Shown: positions 48,218 through 61,790, numbered from the stretch's first letter. The stretch is DNA of 64,000 nucleotides from Carcharhinus longimanus (GCA_030264375.1 JASCQW010000043.1:125606407-125670406), one strand, 5' to 3'. A program made the numbers and translations. Notes: generated from the letters alone by a model not told the origin.

Positions 48218-48699
48218 TGAAGACAGCGCTGTGGAGATTATGGAGAAACTGAACACACAAAGGCAAAAAAAACTATGGGCCTCGCTATGAACTTGCTACA
48301 GTAAGCTCAGGAAGCCACACAAAGATTTAAGAGGTTCCTCAAACTATCAAGAGCAAAACTCCTTGAGGAATGACATTCTGATCATCTTTCAGTGACACAA
48401 GACAAAAATATCACAATGGATGGCAGTATAAAGACCAAGGACGCTGTCTGGTTATTAGCTACTTGCTTTGAACAGGGATCATAAAGAGAGCAGCAAAATC
48501 TCTGTATTATAGAACAGTGAATGTGCAAGTTGTTACTGCAGTTTTGTTACTGTTCACTCAGAGTCCAAGTTGCTGGGGAAATATACGCTTTTATAAACAA
48601 GTTGAAGTCTGGAGCCGTAGATGGTGATGGGGCAGGCTCCAGTTTTGTTCCATCACACAGGTAACCAGGAATTCTTCTCACTATTTTCAATAAGGTAGC

Positions 48700-48975
48700 G
48701 GGGAGAATGTGAATCATGGAGATTTAGAGTTTTTAGCTCAGTCCATCGACAGGAAGAAATTCTATTCAGAAACTGCAGTGAGTTATCATTCACAAGGTGC
48801 TGCCGGAATGGGCAGTGGCACAGATTCAATCATAAAACTTTCAAAGTGGAAATTGGAAAGATCTTTGATTGGGAAAACATGCAGGGCAGGTGGAGTGGGA
48901 CCAAAGAGCTCCTTCCAAGAACCAGCACAGGTCCAATGGGTCGAATGGCCTCTTTCTCTGCTGCTTGATTCTATC
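48700..48975 (+). mobile_element. Decayed CR1 3' end
   Basis: aggaagaaattctattcaga...ccagcacaggtccaatgggtcgaatggcctc. Confidence 0.65.
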
Positions 48976-49644
48976 AGGTTGCATTATGAACCACCCAAGT
49001 TTGGGAGGTGACAAGTTCCTCGATTTGTGTCTTGTTCTCACTGCTAAAAAATTTCAGCAAGTTTTTTTTAAAGGTCATTAACAAAACCAGAATATCTGAT
49101 GCTGGCAAAGATAACGCCGCATTTTACAAAACCCAATGGAGGGAAAGGAAGTTTGTCTGCGAGTACAGTGCCTGCAACGGTTGGATTAATGCTGTACCTC
49201 ATTACAGAATCAACAGGGGACTGCACTAACAACTTGCACATTTATATAGCAGCGGCCAAAGAGGCTGTAAATCAGAAATAAAACATGAAACATACGAAAG
49301 TAAAGTGACAAAGATGAGGAAACTTGATTTTTTTCCCTGCAGATGCACTGTCTGCATTTTACTGTTTATCCACTGCCTACTGCTGCCTGCATGGTTTGGT
49401 AACAGATGTTTTGAAGGATTTTGGNNNNNNNNNNNNNNNNNNNNNNNNNNNNNNNNNNNNNNNNNNNNNNNNNNNNNNNNNNNNNNNNNNNNNNNNNNNN
49501 NNNNNNNNNNNNNNNNNNNNNNNNNNNNNNNNNNNNNNNNNNNNNNNNNNNNNNNNNNNNNNNNNNNNNNNNNNNNNNNNNNNNNNNNNNNNNNNNNNNN
49601 NNNNNNNNNNNNNNNNNNNNNNNNNNNNNNNTCTGTCCTATGAC

Positions 49645-49795
49645 AGAGAAAGAAGTCTCACAACACCAGGTTAAAGTCTAACAGGTTTATTTTGTAGCAC
49701 AAGCCACAAGCTTTCGCAGCACTGCCCTTCATCAGGTGAGTGGGAGACGTGTTCACAAACAGCGCAGAGATAGACACAAACTCAATTTACAAGAT
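49645..49795 (-). mobile_element. Second Penelope-type family terminus with hammerhead motif
   Basis: cacaacaccaggttaaagtctaacaggtttatt; minus strand tcac-CTGATGA-agggcagtgctgc-GAAAGCTT-gtgg. Confidence 0.6.
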
Positions 49796-50134
49796 TAGTA
49801 TGGGTCACTATTACACAAACCTGTGAGGAAGATTTGTCTCGTACTGTAATTTTCACGGTCCTGTGGTCTCCATTTTACAAGAACGTCACAGCAAGATTCC
49901 AACTCGGGAATCAGTTTCCAACAAAACTCAGTTACCTTAAACAGAGTAAAATTCCATTCAGTGTCCCATGGTTTTCAAACAGAGTTTCAGGAGCCCCTGG
50001 ACAGCATACAAATCGAAGCAGAGTTTAATGTTTTGAGTTCCTTTCCCTCCTCTTGCCCCAGGAGCCTTCAATACCCCCACTTCCCCTCGCTAACTATTCA
50101 AAGTTTGCTGAATGTGGAGCCGGGCTCTGTGTAT

Positions 50135-50670
50135 ACGAACATGTGAACAGGAGGAGGCCATTCAGCCCCTCCAGCTTGTTCCATCATTAATTTGACCCTG
50201 ACTCTAATTCTTGCCTTGATTCCATATCTTTCAATCCCCCTACCCAACACAATCTCTGAATCTCAGCATGGACATTCCCAATACAGCTCCAGTGTGAAAA
50301 AGTTCTGCAGGAGAAAGTTCTGGATTACTCTGTGTGAAGACGTGCTTCTGGCAATCACACTGAGTGGCCTAGCTTTAATCTTCAGGCTCTATCTCCTTAT
50401 TCTGGACTCCTGCACCAGAGGAAATACTCTTTCAGAATCCTTTAATCATACTAATTAAATCACCCTTTAATCTTCTACAGTCAGGGGACTACAACCCTCA
50501 TTTCTGCAACTTGTCCTTTATAATCTGACCTTTTAGCACTGGTGTAATTCTGGTGAATGTTCACTGCACCCATTCCAAGGCCAATGTACCCTTCCTGTGG
50601 TTCAGTGCCCAGAACCAAACACAACACCGTCAGGGTCTGGCCTGAGCGTTATGCAGCTGCAGCCTAATTT
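50135..50670 (-). mobile_element. Decayed CR1 3' end
   Basis: aggaggaggccattcagcccctccagcttgttcc...gtgcccagaaccaaacacaac. Confidence 0.7.
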
Positions 50671-50767
50671 ATCCATATTTTGTACAACTGATAGAACCTT
50701 ATTTCACAAAAGGAGGCCATTCACCCATCATAAACCTATGTTGGCTCTTTAAATGAAGTTGCACATT

Positions 50768-50977
50768 GTCCCACAGGGCCCGTACGCACAGAGACACACA
50801 GTCCCGCAGGGCCCGTACGCACAGAGACACACAGTCCCACAGGGCCCGTACGCACAGAGACACACAGTCCCACAGGGCCCGTACGCACAGAGACACAGAT
50901 CCACAGGGCCTGTACGCACAGAGACACAGATCCACAGGGCCTGTACGCACAGAGACACAGTCCCACAGGGCCTGTAC
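50768..50977. repeat. Minisatellite, 33-bp unit with shorter variants, about 6.5 copies
   Basis: gtcccacagggcccgtacgcacagagacacaca repeated. Confidence 0.95.
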
Positions 50978-51574
50978 ATAAAAATACAATCACACAGGGC
51001 TCTTCCACAGCAGGTGAGTGAGAGTTACAGGGTCACATGAAAAGTTCATGCGGGTAATGCAGTGTAACCTCAGCTTCACTGACGTGGGTGCCACAGGTCA
51101 AGGCAACTGGAATAGCTCAGAGCTCTCCCCAGCCTTCCTCGTAATGATGCCCAGCTTATTCTCTTTCAGATACTGACTGCATGATCAGCATTTTACACCC
51201 AATTCTATCCATCACCCATTTGTATCCTTTGCTGCGTCCCTTATTGACTTTGCCCAGATGAATAATGCTTCACAGGATGGTGTTTCTACTTGTTAGCAGC
51301 AGAAGGTCTGGTGAATCAATCAGGGTATTGAAAGTGTAGGCGAGTTGCACCAAAACCAATCACACTCGTGATTTGGGCAATCTTTTACATTGGTTCAAGA
51401 CTCAATTCATCTTCAAACCCCCCCGACAGCCCCAAGTCAGGAGTTCAGAAATCCAATCTTCAAAATGCACACCGTTTCCCCAAAACCACCAGCCTGGTTT
51501 GCAGAATCTGCCTTCAAATCAAAAACTATTTACATTTACTCAGAAACTGATGAACGTCCACCAAACTACTAAAT

Positions 51575-52345
51575 CAGAGGCCATTCAGCCCATCGAGTCT
51601 GCACCGACCACAATCCCACCCAGGCCCAATTCCCGTAACCCCACATATTTATCCTGTTAAGCCTGACACTAGGGGCAATTTAGCATGGCCGATCACCTCA
51701 CTCGCACATCTCTGGGAGGAAACCGGAGCACGTGGAGGAAACCCACACAGACATGGGGAGAACATGCAAACTCCTAGTCAGACCCCATTTGGAGTACTGT
51801 GTGCAGTTCTGGTCACCTCACTACAGGAAAGACGTGGAAGCTATTGAAAGGGTGCAGAGGAGATTTACAAGGATGTTGCCTGGATTGGGAGGCTTGCCTT
51901 ATGAGGATAGGTTGAGTGAGCTCGATCTTTTCTCCTTGGAGAGACGAAGGGCGATCTGATAGAGGTTTATAAGATGTTCAGAGGAATAGATAGGGTGGAT
52001 TCTCGGAGGCTATTTCCCAGGGCTGAAATGGTCGCTACGAGAGGACACAGNNNNNNNNNNNNNNNNNNNNNNNNNNNNNNNNNNNNNNNNNNNNNNNNNN
52101 NNNNNNNNNNNNNNNNNNNNNNNNNNNNNNNNNNNNNNNNNNNNNNNNNNCTCGTTGGGGTCTTTTAAGAGACTTCTGGATGAGTACATGGGATTTAATG
52201 GGATTGAGGGTTATAGATAGGCCTGGTGGGTAGGGACACGATCAGCACAACTTGTGGGCCGAAGGGCCTGTTTGTGCTGTAGTGTTCTATGTTCTGTAGA
52301 CAGAGGCCAGAATGGAACCTGGCGCTGCGAGGCAGCAGTGCTAAC
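51575..52345 (-). mobile_element. HE1-type SINE split by an antisense CR1 3' end (51773-52295, + strand)
   Basis: SINE body ends acatgcaaactc, then [37 protein letters not shown], then the SINE head resumes (gcgctgcgaggcagcagtgctaacc). Confidence 0.85.
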
Positions 52346-52410
52346 CTAATTTGCTTATAAGGCATTTTAAATTAGGTGGTCACAGGATGGAGGACACAAT
52401 ACACTCATTC

Positions 52411-52610
52411 CGAATACAAACAGAAAATGCTGGAAAATCTCAGCAGGTCTGACAGCATCTGTGGAGAGAGAGAACGGAACCAACATTTCCAATCTGGATC
52501 ATTTAGACTCAAAACATTGGCTCTATTCTCTCTCCACAGACGCTGCCAGACATGCTGAATTTTTCCATCATTTTCTGCTTTTGTTTCAGATTCCAGCGTC
52601 CGCAGTAATT
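52411..52610. mobile_element. Penelope-type fold-back element with arms of about 75 bp
   Basis: cagaaaatgctggaaaatctcagcaggtctgacagcatctgtggagagag pairs with ctctctccacagacgctgccagacatgctgaatttttccatcattttctg. Confidence 0.8.
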
Positions 52611-53399
52611 CACTTTTTTCCCCTTATTCCAAACAGTCCACTTTGCTGATCAAATATTTTCAGTGATATTAACATCAATTTGCCCTCGTACATACTTCAA
52701 GGAATTATTTTTAATTGAAAGAAATAATTCTGAGGCTGCCCTATCCCTCTGGTTCTTGGAGATTTTACACTGCTATTATGTGACTGCATTTCAGCAGAAA
52801 CTTCGAAGCCCGACCTGCTGCCTGCAATTTCATTTTGGCTTCTTGACTGCGCCCACCACGGAACGCATGAATTTTAACTTTCATCATCTAACAAGATGGG
52901 AACTTCATCGTGAATGAGCCGGGGGGGGGAGTTTAATCTGCCAGTCTACTGTTAAAGGGGCAAACAGCCTGATAAACAGGTGTGCAAGTTTACTTGCTAG
53001 AAATATGTGGATATACAGACCATATCCTCAGTGCAAAGAGTTAGTGCTCCATCAGACTGGGGCTGACTGCAACATGTAATTCTCTCTTATTTGACAAGAT
53101 ATCAACGACCTGAACACTGGTGTATTTTCTTATGCAGCAAATTGGGAAAATCTGGAACGTAAAGAATTATGGACACAGATTCAATTGTAAATTCCAAAAG
53201 GGAATTGGATAAATACTTGATTGAAGAAATTTGCAAGACTGTGGGAACGAGCAAGCTCCAAAAAAAAGGGCCAACACAGACAGAATGGCTTCCTTCTGAA
53301 CGGCAAGATTTGAGGATTCTGTTGCAGTAAGCTGATACGGGAATGGACTCTGCCACTACGGCAGTACAATACGTTCCTTATTATAATTCCAAAACATTC

Positions 53400-53562
53400 C
53401 AAGTCTGTGTGGGTTTCCTCCAGGTGCTCCAATTTCCTCCCACACTCCAAAGATGTGCTGATTAAGTTGATTAGCCATGCTAAATTGCCCCCGAGGGTGG
53501 GATTGTTGTCGGTGCAGGCTCGATGGGCAGAATGGACTCCTTCTGCACAGTAGGGATTCTAC
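53400..53562 (+). mobile_element. HE1-type SINE 3' half
   Basis: gtctgtgtgggtttcctccaggtgctcc...ccttctgcacagtagggattcta. Confidence 0.8.
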
Positions 53563-53984
53563 AAATATCACATTTTTCTCAAAATTCAGCACTAAGACAT
53601 CTTGTTATCTCCAGAATTAAGACCTGACTCTTTGCAGCAGTGTCAATATCCATCTTGCTTTCTTCATTTTGAAAAAAGCAAAAAACTCCCAAGTCATTAT
53701 CAAGTATCTCACATTATCCAGTAATTTCTCACCATCTCTGATTGGAGAAGCCGCTAGAAACCATTCTGCAATTCTTTCTGTCCCAATCCATTGTTTTTGT
53801 CCCTTCCAGATCAATGCATTCCCTCATGGGCTCCTTTCTGCTCAACACTGTTCCTCCAGTCAGATCTGGAACTGAACCCTGTCCAGATGTCAAAATGGCT
53901 TTTTCTCCAAGTCATGGTGCATTCTTGTGAGCTGTGCCCAGCACACCCTCTAATTCTATTTTTTACTCTCATTCTCTGCTTTCA

Positions 53985-54135
53985 ATCTTCCTCTACACCC
54001 TCACTATTACTGTAACACTATATTCCGCATTCTCTCGTTTCCTTCTCTACGAACAATATGCTTTGTCTGCATAATGCACAAAAAACAATACTTTTCTCTG
54101 TATGCTAATACATGTGACAATAATAAATCAAATCA
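53985..54135 (+). mobile_element. Rex1-like LINE 3' tail
   Basis: Matches 34350-34515; ends acatgtgacaataataaatcaaatca. Confidence 0.5.
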
Positions 54136-55339
54136 TGGTTTAGCTGAGGGGGTGCAGCATTGTGAACCCTTCTTATAAACTCAACACAAACCCTCAAATC
54201 AAACTCTCTTCAGCAGAGTTCCAAGAACGAAGAGCACCTACAAAGCTGAGCTTGAACAGGGTTAGAGTGACTGTCACTGACCTTCAGCTTCAGTTACTGA
54301 AACACTCCTTTTAACTCTCGCTAAGGCACATCCACTGAAAGCAAACTTCTTTCTCTTTACCCCTTTGAATCACCGTTTGCAGGGAGATTGCCCAGAAGGG
54401 CACTGTGGGATTCGATTCCACTATTCCCCAAAAACCCAATTACACCAAGACACTCTCCCCAACAGGACAAACTTCTCATTTCCTTTGTCCATTTCATTCA
54501 AAATCCCCAAAAAACCTCAATCAAAATCATTCCATCACCTTCTGAATCTCAGGGCACACAAACCTGGTGCCCGTAACCCAGCCTTTTGCTTCCAAAACTC
54601 AATTGGAAAATTCAACTAATCAGCAGGAACTTTACCCAACTCAAAACCACACATGGTAAGTGGGGGTCATGAGGGTAAGCATTGCGAAGGGGATGTACAA
54701 GGGGTCTGGGTGGAAAAAGAAAAGCCTGGGGCGTTTAGAAGAGGAGGGGGGTGGGTTCAGGAGGTAATAGAGAGTTCGGGGAAGGGAGGGGTGAGTGTTG
54801 CAAGGGGGTTTCAGAAGGAGGTTGGAAGATGTAGTTTTAGCCATTGTCAACCCTAGTTCCAAACTGAATCGCATTATCCTGTGCTGTCTGCACACTACTG
54901 GAACTTTTTGTTGTGAATTAATGAGAAATTCAGCGAGAAAGCAAAAGGGCTCAATGTTGCAGTGTTGCTAATATTCAGGACTAAGCTGTTCTCTGCACTG
55001 ACTTTCAAGGTGTTGAGAGCAAGAACAGCAAATGGTATTTCACAGGACGATTACACTGCACACCAAGATGCACAGGGCAAGTTACAAGAGACAATCGGGG
55101 CACTGGGTTTTTTTAAAAACTGATACGATAAGAGTTCCAACGTCAGGGTTGAAATGAAGATAGTTTTGAACTTTTGTAAAATTTAGACGTGAAAGAGTAG
55201 TCCCAGCTTCTCAAACATTGGGATGAAACAGAGATCTTACACACCAGGGAAAAGGAACACAGTTAATATGGAATAGAAGGCATTACTTTCCCAGGTACAG
55301 TGAAAGTTATCAGGAGGTTTAATATCAAGTGTGAAAAGT

Positions 55340-56960
55340 GGAAAGTACTAACAACATTCCAAAAAATACTAATTGAAGGGGTGGTGGGAGAAGAAATAAA
55401 TCCAACTATCACTGGAGAAAAGTTTCTTGGGAAACTAATGAGCTAAAGGCCAATAAGTCCCATGGACTTGAAGGGTTGCACCTCAGGATATCATAAATAG
55501 TGAATGCACTGGTAGCAATCTTCTAAGAATCCTTCAATTCTGGAAAAGTCCCAGTGGATTGGAGAACTGCCTTTATTCAGAAAGGGAGAGAGACAAGAAG
55601 AGGTAACACTCAGTCAGTTAGCTATCTGCTCTTGGGAAAATGTTAAAGTAAAGGATGCAATAGCAAAGCATTTAGAAATGCATCATATAATCTAACAGAG
55701 TCAGCATGGCTTCATGAAGGGAAATCATGTCCGATAAATCTATTAGAATTCTTTGAAGTGGTAATGATAAGGATGGATAAAGGGGAACCAGTAGATGAAA
55801 TATAATTGGATTTCCAAAAAGGTTCGATAAAACACCATGCAAAAGGCTACTTACTATGAAGCCATGGTGTTGGGAGATAGTATATTAGCATGGATTGAGG
55901 ACTAGCTAACTGACAGAAGACAGCAAGTTGGATAAGAGGGGCATTTTCAACATGGCAACTTGTAACTAGTGGAGTGCCACAGGGGTGAGTGCAGGGGCAA
56001 CAATTATTTATAGGATATCTGAATAACTTGGACAAAGTGAATGTACTCCTCCCAAGTTTGCAGATGACACAAAACAGATGGAAAGGCAACTGGTGAGGAT
56101 GACACAGAGTCTACAGAGTGATATAAAATAGATAGGATAGGTGAGTGGGTAAAAACTTGGCAGATGGAATATAATATCGAAAAGTGTGAAGTTAAGCACC
56201 TCGCTAGGAAGAATAAAGAAGCTTAATATTATCTAAATGGCGAAAGACTGCAGAAAGCTGCAGCACAGGGGGATCTGGGGGTCATTGTGCATAAAACACA
56301 AAAAGTTGGCATGCAGGTTCAGCAAGTAATAGGGAAGGCAAATGGAATGTTGGTCTTTATTTCACAGGGAATGGAGTATAAAAATAGGGAAGTCTTGCTA
56401 AAACTACACAAGGTACCACAACTGTAACACTGTGAATAGCTTTGGTTCCTTTATCTAAGGAAAGATATACCGGCATGAAGGCAGTCCAGAAAAGGTTCAC
56501 CACGTTGATCCGAGATTTGAAGGTCTTTTCTTATGCGGAGGAATGGAATAGGTTGGGCCTGTACTCATGTGAGTTTAGGGGAATGAGAGGCAACCTTATT
56601 GAGATATCTACATTTCTCAGGGGACTTGACAGGGAAGATGCTGTGAAGTTGTTTCCCCTTGTGGGAGAGTCTAGGATCAGACAGCATCAACTCAGAGTAA
56701 GGGGGTCACCCACTGAAGACAGAGATGAGGAGGAATTTCTTTTCTCAGAGGGTAGTGAATCTGTGGAATACTTTACTGCAGAGGGCAGTACAGGCTGGGT
56801 CGTTGAGTATGTTCAAGGTAGAGATAGACAGATTTTTAATCAGTGAGAGAATCAAGGATTATGGGGACAAAACAGGAAAGTGGAGTTGAGGATTATCATC
56901 TCATTGAATGGCGGGCAGACTCGATGGGCTGAATGGCCTACTTCTGCTTCTATATCTTAT
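55340..56960 (+). mobile_element. CR1 LINE ORF2 remnant, about 1.6 kb, with intact tail
   Basis: aagtttgcagatgacac (KFADDT) at about 56055, agtggagtgccacagggg (SGVPQG), ORF 56442..56846, tail gggctgaatggcctacttctgc. Confidence 0.9.
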
Positions 56961-56964
56961 ACTT

Positions 56965-58950
56965 AAAATCATAAAAAGTTTGAAGGATTAAATGAGAATG
57001 ATTTGTAGAGGTAGGAGGATCAGTAACACAGATTTAAGGTGATTGGTACTGGAGGGGAGATGAGGAACAAACCGTAAGGAGATATGTCTGAATTCTACAA
57101 CACTAGTTCAGCCTCAACTGGAGATGACGCTCAGTTCCGGGTGCCACAGTTTTTAAAGGATGTGAAGGCATTAGGGAAGGTGCAGAGAAAAAGTCACGCG
57201 ACTGATAGATTGGAGACAGTTTTTCTTGCAGAAGGTTGAGAGGATAGTTGATAGAAATATTTAAAGTCATCAGGGATTTGGGCAGAGCAGACAGAGAGAA
57301 ACTCTCCCTAAAGGTGGAAGGATTGCGAACGAGGGGACACAGATTTAAGCAAATGGGCAAAAGAAGCAATGGAGGCGAGAGGAGGAACACTTTCACAGTG
57401 AGTGGTTAGGGTTTGCCCAAGGGGGGGAGCGCGGAGGCAGGTCCAATCGAGGCTCTTAAGAGGGAATTGGAATATTGTTTGGGAAGGTAGAATGCGCAGC
57501 GGAGAAGGCGGGGGAATGTCACGAGGTGAATGGCTGGTTCAAAGAGCTGGTGCCGACGTAATAGGCCGAACGGCTCCCTTCCGTGCTGTAAAAGTCTGTG
57601 TTTCTATAAGCTGGACTCTGCACTCAGAGAGTTATGATCTGAAATATGCAGGATGAAAGTGTGTGGAAAATAATTAATAGCAACCTTGAAAAGGCAATTG
57701 GGTAAACATTCGAAAAGGATAATTTGCAGGGTTTTGGGAAAAGAACAGGGAGTAAGACAAATCGGATAACTCTTCCAAAGAGTCAGCACAGGCACAATGG
57801 GCAGAATGGCCTCCTTCTGTGCAGTTAAATCTTATGCGGGATTTTTGGTTGCACTCAAATTATTCCACAATTCTGCTGAGTGGGCTGAACTTATTAATAA
57901 CCTGACAAGAATTTGTTAGCTGAGTAACGGTGAGTGACTCCATATTGAAAAGTGTTGCACTGATACTGGCGATAGGAGAACTGCACAAACACAAACATGT
58001 TTGAACTAATCTCAACTACACACAATTCACGAGCAAGTATTTCAGAAGTTAACCACCCCGATTTTGAGCTCTACGCTGCCGAGATGCCTATCCGTGTTCG
58101 ACTGATGTGGGCAGATCACTAATTAAATCCAAAATCAGGCCAGTCCATCAGGTTTTAGAGCCTCAGGTTGTACAACACTCTCCGTCCACCAGACACCCGT
58201 CAAAGGGTGAGATCAGGGCCAAAGTCCTGGAAGCTATTAAGCCGAGAAAAACATTATGAACTATCTAAAATATTCATGAAGAAAAACTCTCTTCAGATAA
58301 CAGTTCTCATTTTGAAAACTGGTTCTAAATTGCTTTAATAAATTTTGTGGGAAGGAAGTGGAACGGAAAGGGGATATCCACTTTCTCTGCTTTAGCAAGG
58401 GATTTGAAATCATTGGATGTTCAGAGTTTATTTTTTATTTATACCAAATATCGCACTGAGATCTTAGACGGAACCTTGATTAGGCCACATAGAGCACTGT
58501 GAATAACTCTGGTCTCCATATTATAACAAGGATAGAGAGGCGCTGGGGAAGATGCAAAAGAAATTTACTAGAACGATACCAGAACTGAGAGGTTGTAACC
58601 ATCAGGAAAGGACTGACCAGGCTGGGGTTCTTCTCTCTAGAAAATAGACTTTTAGCTAAATGAAAAGGTAGATAAATAGGGAGAAGATATTTCCACTCGC
58701 TAACTGAGACCAGAACTGGCACCCACCAATATAAGATGGTCATTAATAAATCTAGTAAGGAATTTGGGGGAAATTAGTGGTGAGAATGTCAAAGCTGCTG
58801 CCACAATGAATAGCTGATGCCAATAGCGTAATTGCGTTTATAGGCAAGCTGGATGAAGGCAGGAGGGAAAAGGGTAGAGTGGGATACGCTGACAGAGTGG
58901 GAGGAATGAGGATCATAGATCCCAGCACAAAGCAGTTGGCCTCGTCATGC
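56965..58950 (+). mobile_element. Cluster of further decayed CR1 3' ends (about 57100-57600, 57640-57825, 58480-58950)
   Basis: Repeated gggacacagatttaag, gcacaatgggcagaatggcctcc and aaatttactagaacgataccaga motifs. Confidence 0.7.
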
Positions 58951-60189
58951 TGTAGATATTTTGCGCTGGGAGATTGGGTGTTGGTCTGATACAAAACATA
59001 CAGAAAATAATAATTACACACTTTGCAAAAAAAAAGGTGCAGTTGTTATATGCAAAGAGTGGGAAAGCTCTAAATGCAGAATACTGGAGGGAGCTGTGAA
59101 TTTATAGAAAATACCAGAAATGTAACTCTGGCACCCATGGAGGGCAAGATAAGTTTGCTCAAATCCTACGCCCGATCACTCCTGCTCGCTATCTGAATGG
59201 AAACATTCCCAGTGACAGAATCGTGTGAGGTTAAATGATAATTACTGGCCTGGAGATTAACGTTCTGATTCTTGGTAAAGGGACATGAGTTGTTTCCCTC
59301 CACTTGCCATGAGATCCCAATCTTCAACAGGGGCTAATCAAAGAGGAATGGACAATAGGTCTGACTGGCTGCTTCTGAATAACACAGAGAGGCGCCTCCA
59401 ACCAGCTCCCCTCCCCAGCATTCATGTTTAGGGAATGGAGAGGGAGGGCGGGAGAGAGAGAATGGATAATAAACAACACTGCAAAGGAAGAGCAGCTCTG
59501 AACAGAGAGAGAAATCTCTGCACAACGAACATGACTCTTGTGTTCTGACAGGTCGCACTGTAATTTAAGCTCTGCACAAAGCAGGCTGAAACATGTGTGC
59601 ATTGCAAATGGAATCTGAACTTAGCTTAACGGCCTCATTTATTCCTGATGGTTTAAATTATTTCATCACAATTAATGACACCCCCCCACTCTGTGGCTTC
59701 CTGTGCTGAGCTGCCAGATGTTCAGAGACCACTGCAGCAGTCTCTTCATTGATGGCTGGTGACAAGACATTCTCTCAAGGACATTCCCTCGGTGCACAGA
59801 CCGGGTGACTCCCCCCTTTTGCTTATCAGCGCGCTGTCTCCATGGGTAGCCCACTGTGAGAGGAACAGGAAGCAGTAACACAGTGAGTATGTGAGCAGAA
59901 GCTTCTGTTAAAAACATACATTCATTAAAAAGGAAAGCTGCCTGCCTTCACACGCATTCTTGCAAATCTTTATTGGAGTTTATTCATTCCCCAAGTTACT
60001 GTTTTTCAGATAGACAGGAAACGCAGGATTCGTTTCATTTAACCAGTCTGCGTTCAGCATTTCCATCATTTAAATTTACTTAATCAAAACTTGAATAGCA
60101 TTCACAATAGATCAGCAGTAAAAGATGGAATGAGTTGTTAGCTTAAGGAGAACAATTTCAATCTTATAATCTAACTTCCAAACATCAAC

Positions 60190-60560
60190 TATGAGAGTAA
60201 ATGTATGCGTGAGTGCAGAGCCTTGTACATGGATGTGGGTGTTTGTATATGGCAAGTATAAAGATTTTATTTTTAAGGTGCAAACCATGTTTAAGAGTAA
60301 ACGTATTGCTTTTTTAAAAATATGTTCTTGCACAATGTATGGTTATATGTACAAGTGTATTTGGTATGTCAATACATTTGTGACAACGTACATATGTGTG
60401 TGCGCGCGTATGAGCAGGATTTCAACATGATAGTTTGCATGTGTGTGTGTGTGAGAGTGTATGTGCGTAAATGAGAGTGTGTGTATATATATTGTGTGAG
60501 TGTGTGAGCAAGTGTGCGCGTGTGTGTGTGTATGAGCGTGTGTGCGGAGTGTATGTATCT
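60190..60560. repeat. Degenerate TG-rich low-complexity tract
   Basis: Interrupted (TG)n/(TATG)n runs. Confidence 0.8.
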
Positions 60561-61733
60561 GGAGTGTGGGAGGAGATTGCTGAGGAATTCAGTTTTAAAG
60601 TTCACCTCCCAGCCTCTGACAGTGTACAGGATTTCTCGATAATTCCCCTTGACAACAGCACCCCCTGCGCCCAGCCTGATTGCACCTGGGCTCAGAGTTT
60701 GAACAATCCTCTAAACTATTGCCAACTTTTTTTTGTCATTACTTTGCAGAATGTTGTTTTTTTTTGACCCTGTAATCGGTGGTGAGTGTTTGTGTTTTAT
60801 CATTATTTCTGGTTAGTAATTAAAAACCCCAGCACACTGCAACATGAAAATCATCAGTGACTGCGTCCAGTCCTTTCATTAAAACACATGGAATAAAGCT
60901 TCGGATTAAAATTCAGAAACATTGCCAGGAAATGATGGCAGCTAGAGTTTGTCAGCCTCCTTCCTTCTCATCTTGGTCTCTTCTTATTGTCACTGTATTT
61001 CATGACCTGAGACACTAATGGCTGAACATTCAATATCTTCACTATTTGTAACTGAGCCACTACAATGTGTTAATGATTAACTGATTGAATGCAGAAGCTG
61101 GTCTTTGTTGCTTGTCAGTGTTACTTCATTCCTCCAGCGAGAGAGAGGGAAAGCATGATGATGAGAAAGGCCACATACGGGGACCATTGCCTTTAAACTG
61201 TGGCAGATGCGAAAGGAGATAAACTGGACAGGGAGTATGAAATAACCCCATCTCCATAGGTTTACAGAGAGGAAGAATCACTGGAAAGAGCTCACATCTG
61301 GCAATCATTTGTCAATCCTTGGAATGAGAACAGCAGGAAACTGTCTGGCTGTTACAGCAGATGAAAAGACAAAAGGAACATGTGTCACATATGCACATTG
61401 TGGACACATTGACTACTGCATTTTTAAAGAGTCATTTTCCTTTTGGAATGGTCCGTGGAGGCTGTATTTCAAAAGTGAAATCATGGATAAGCGCATGGAA
61501 TTTGCTCAGCTCTCCCAGTCCAGCCAGTAACCTGGAGCAACCACATAGCAAGTGAGGAAGTCAACACTGTCTCCTACACAGGACAAGGGTCACACCGCTG
61601 AGTTATTCACTGCCCCTGACTAAATATCGCTCACTTGTTAAAAATAATTAACTACCTTCAAAAAGAATATTATCAGTTATACAAAGTGAAAACGAGGATT
61701 TGCTATCATTACTAATCAAGGAGAAATGATTTT

Positions 61734-61734
<1 letters not shown>

Positions 61735-61788
<54 letters not shown>
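61735..61788. repeat. (GT)n microsatellite
   Basis: Perfect dinucleotide run. Confidence 0.95.

Positions 61789-61790
<2 letters not shown>

Noticed and set aside
50768-50977. Regular repeat array as a possible CRISPR or repeat protein
   Set aside because: Units are contiguous with no unique spacers, there are no cas genes, and the context is vertebrate. The open frames are a by-product of the 33-bp period.
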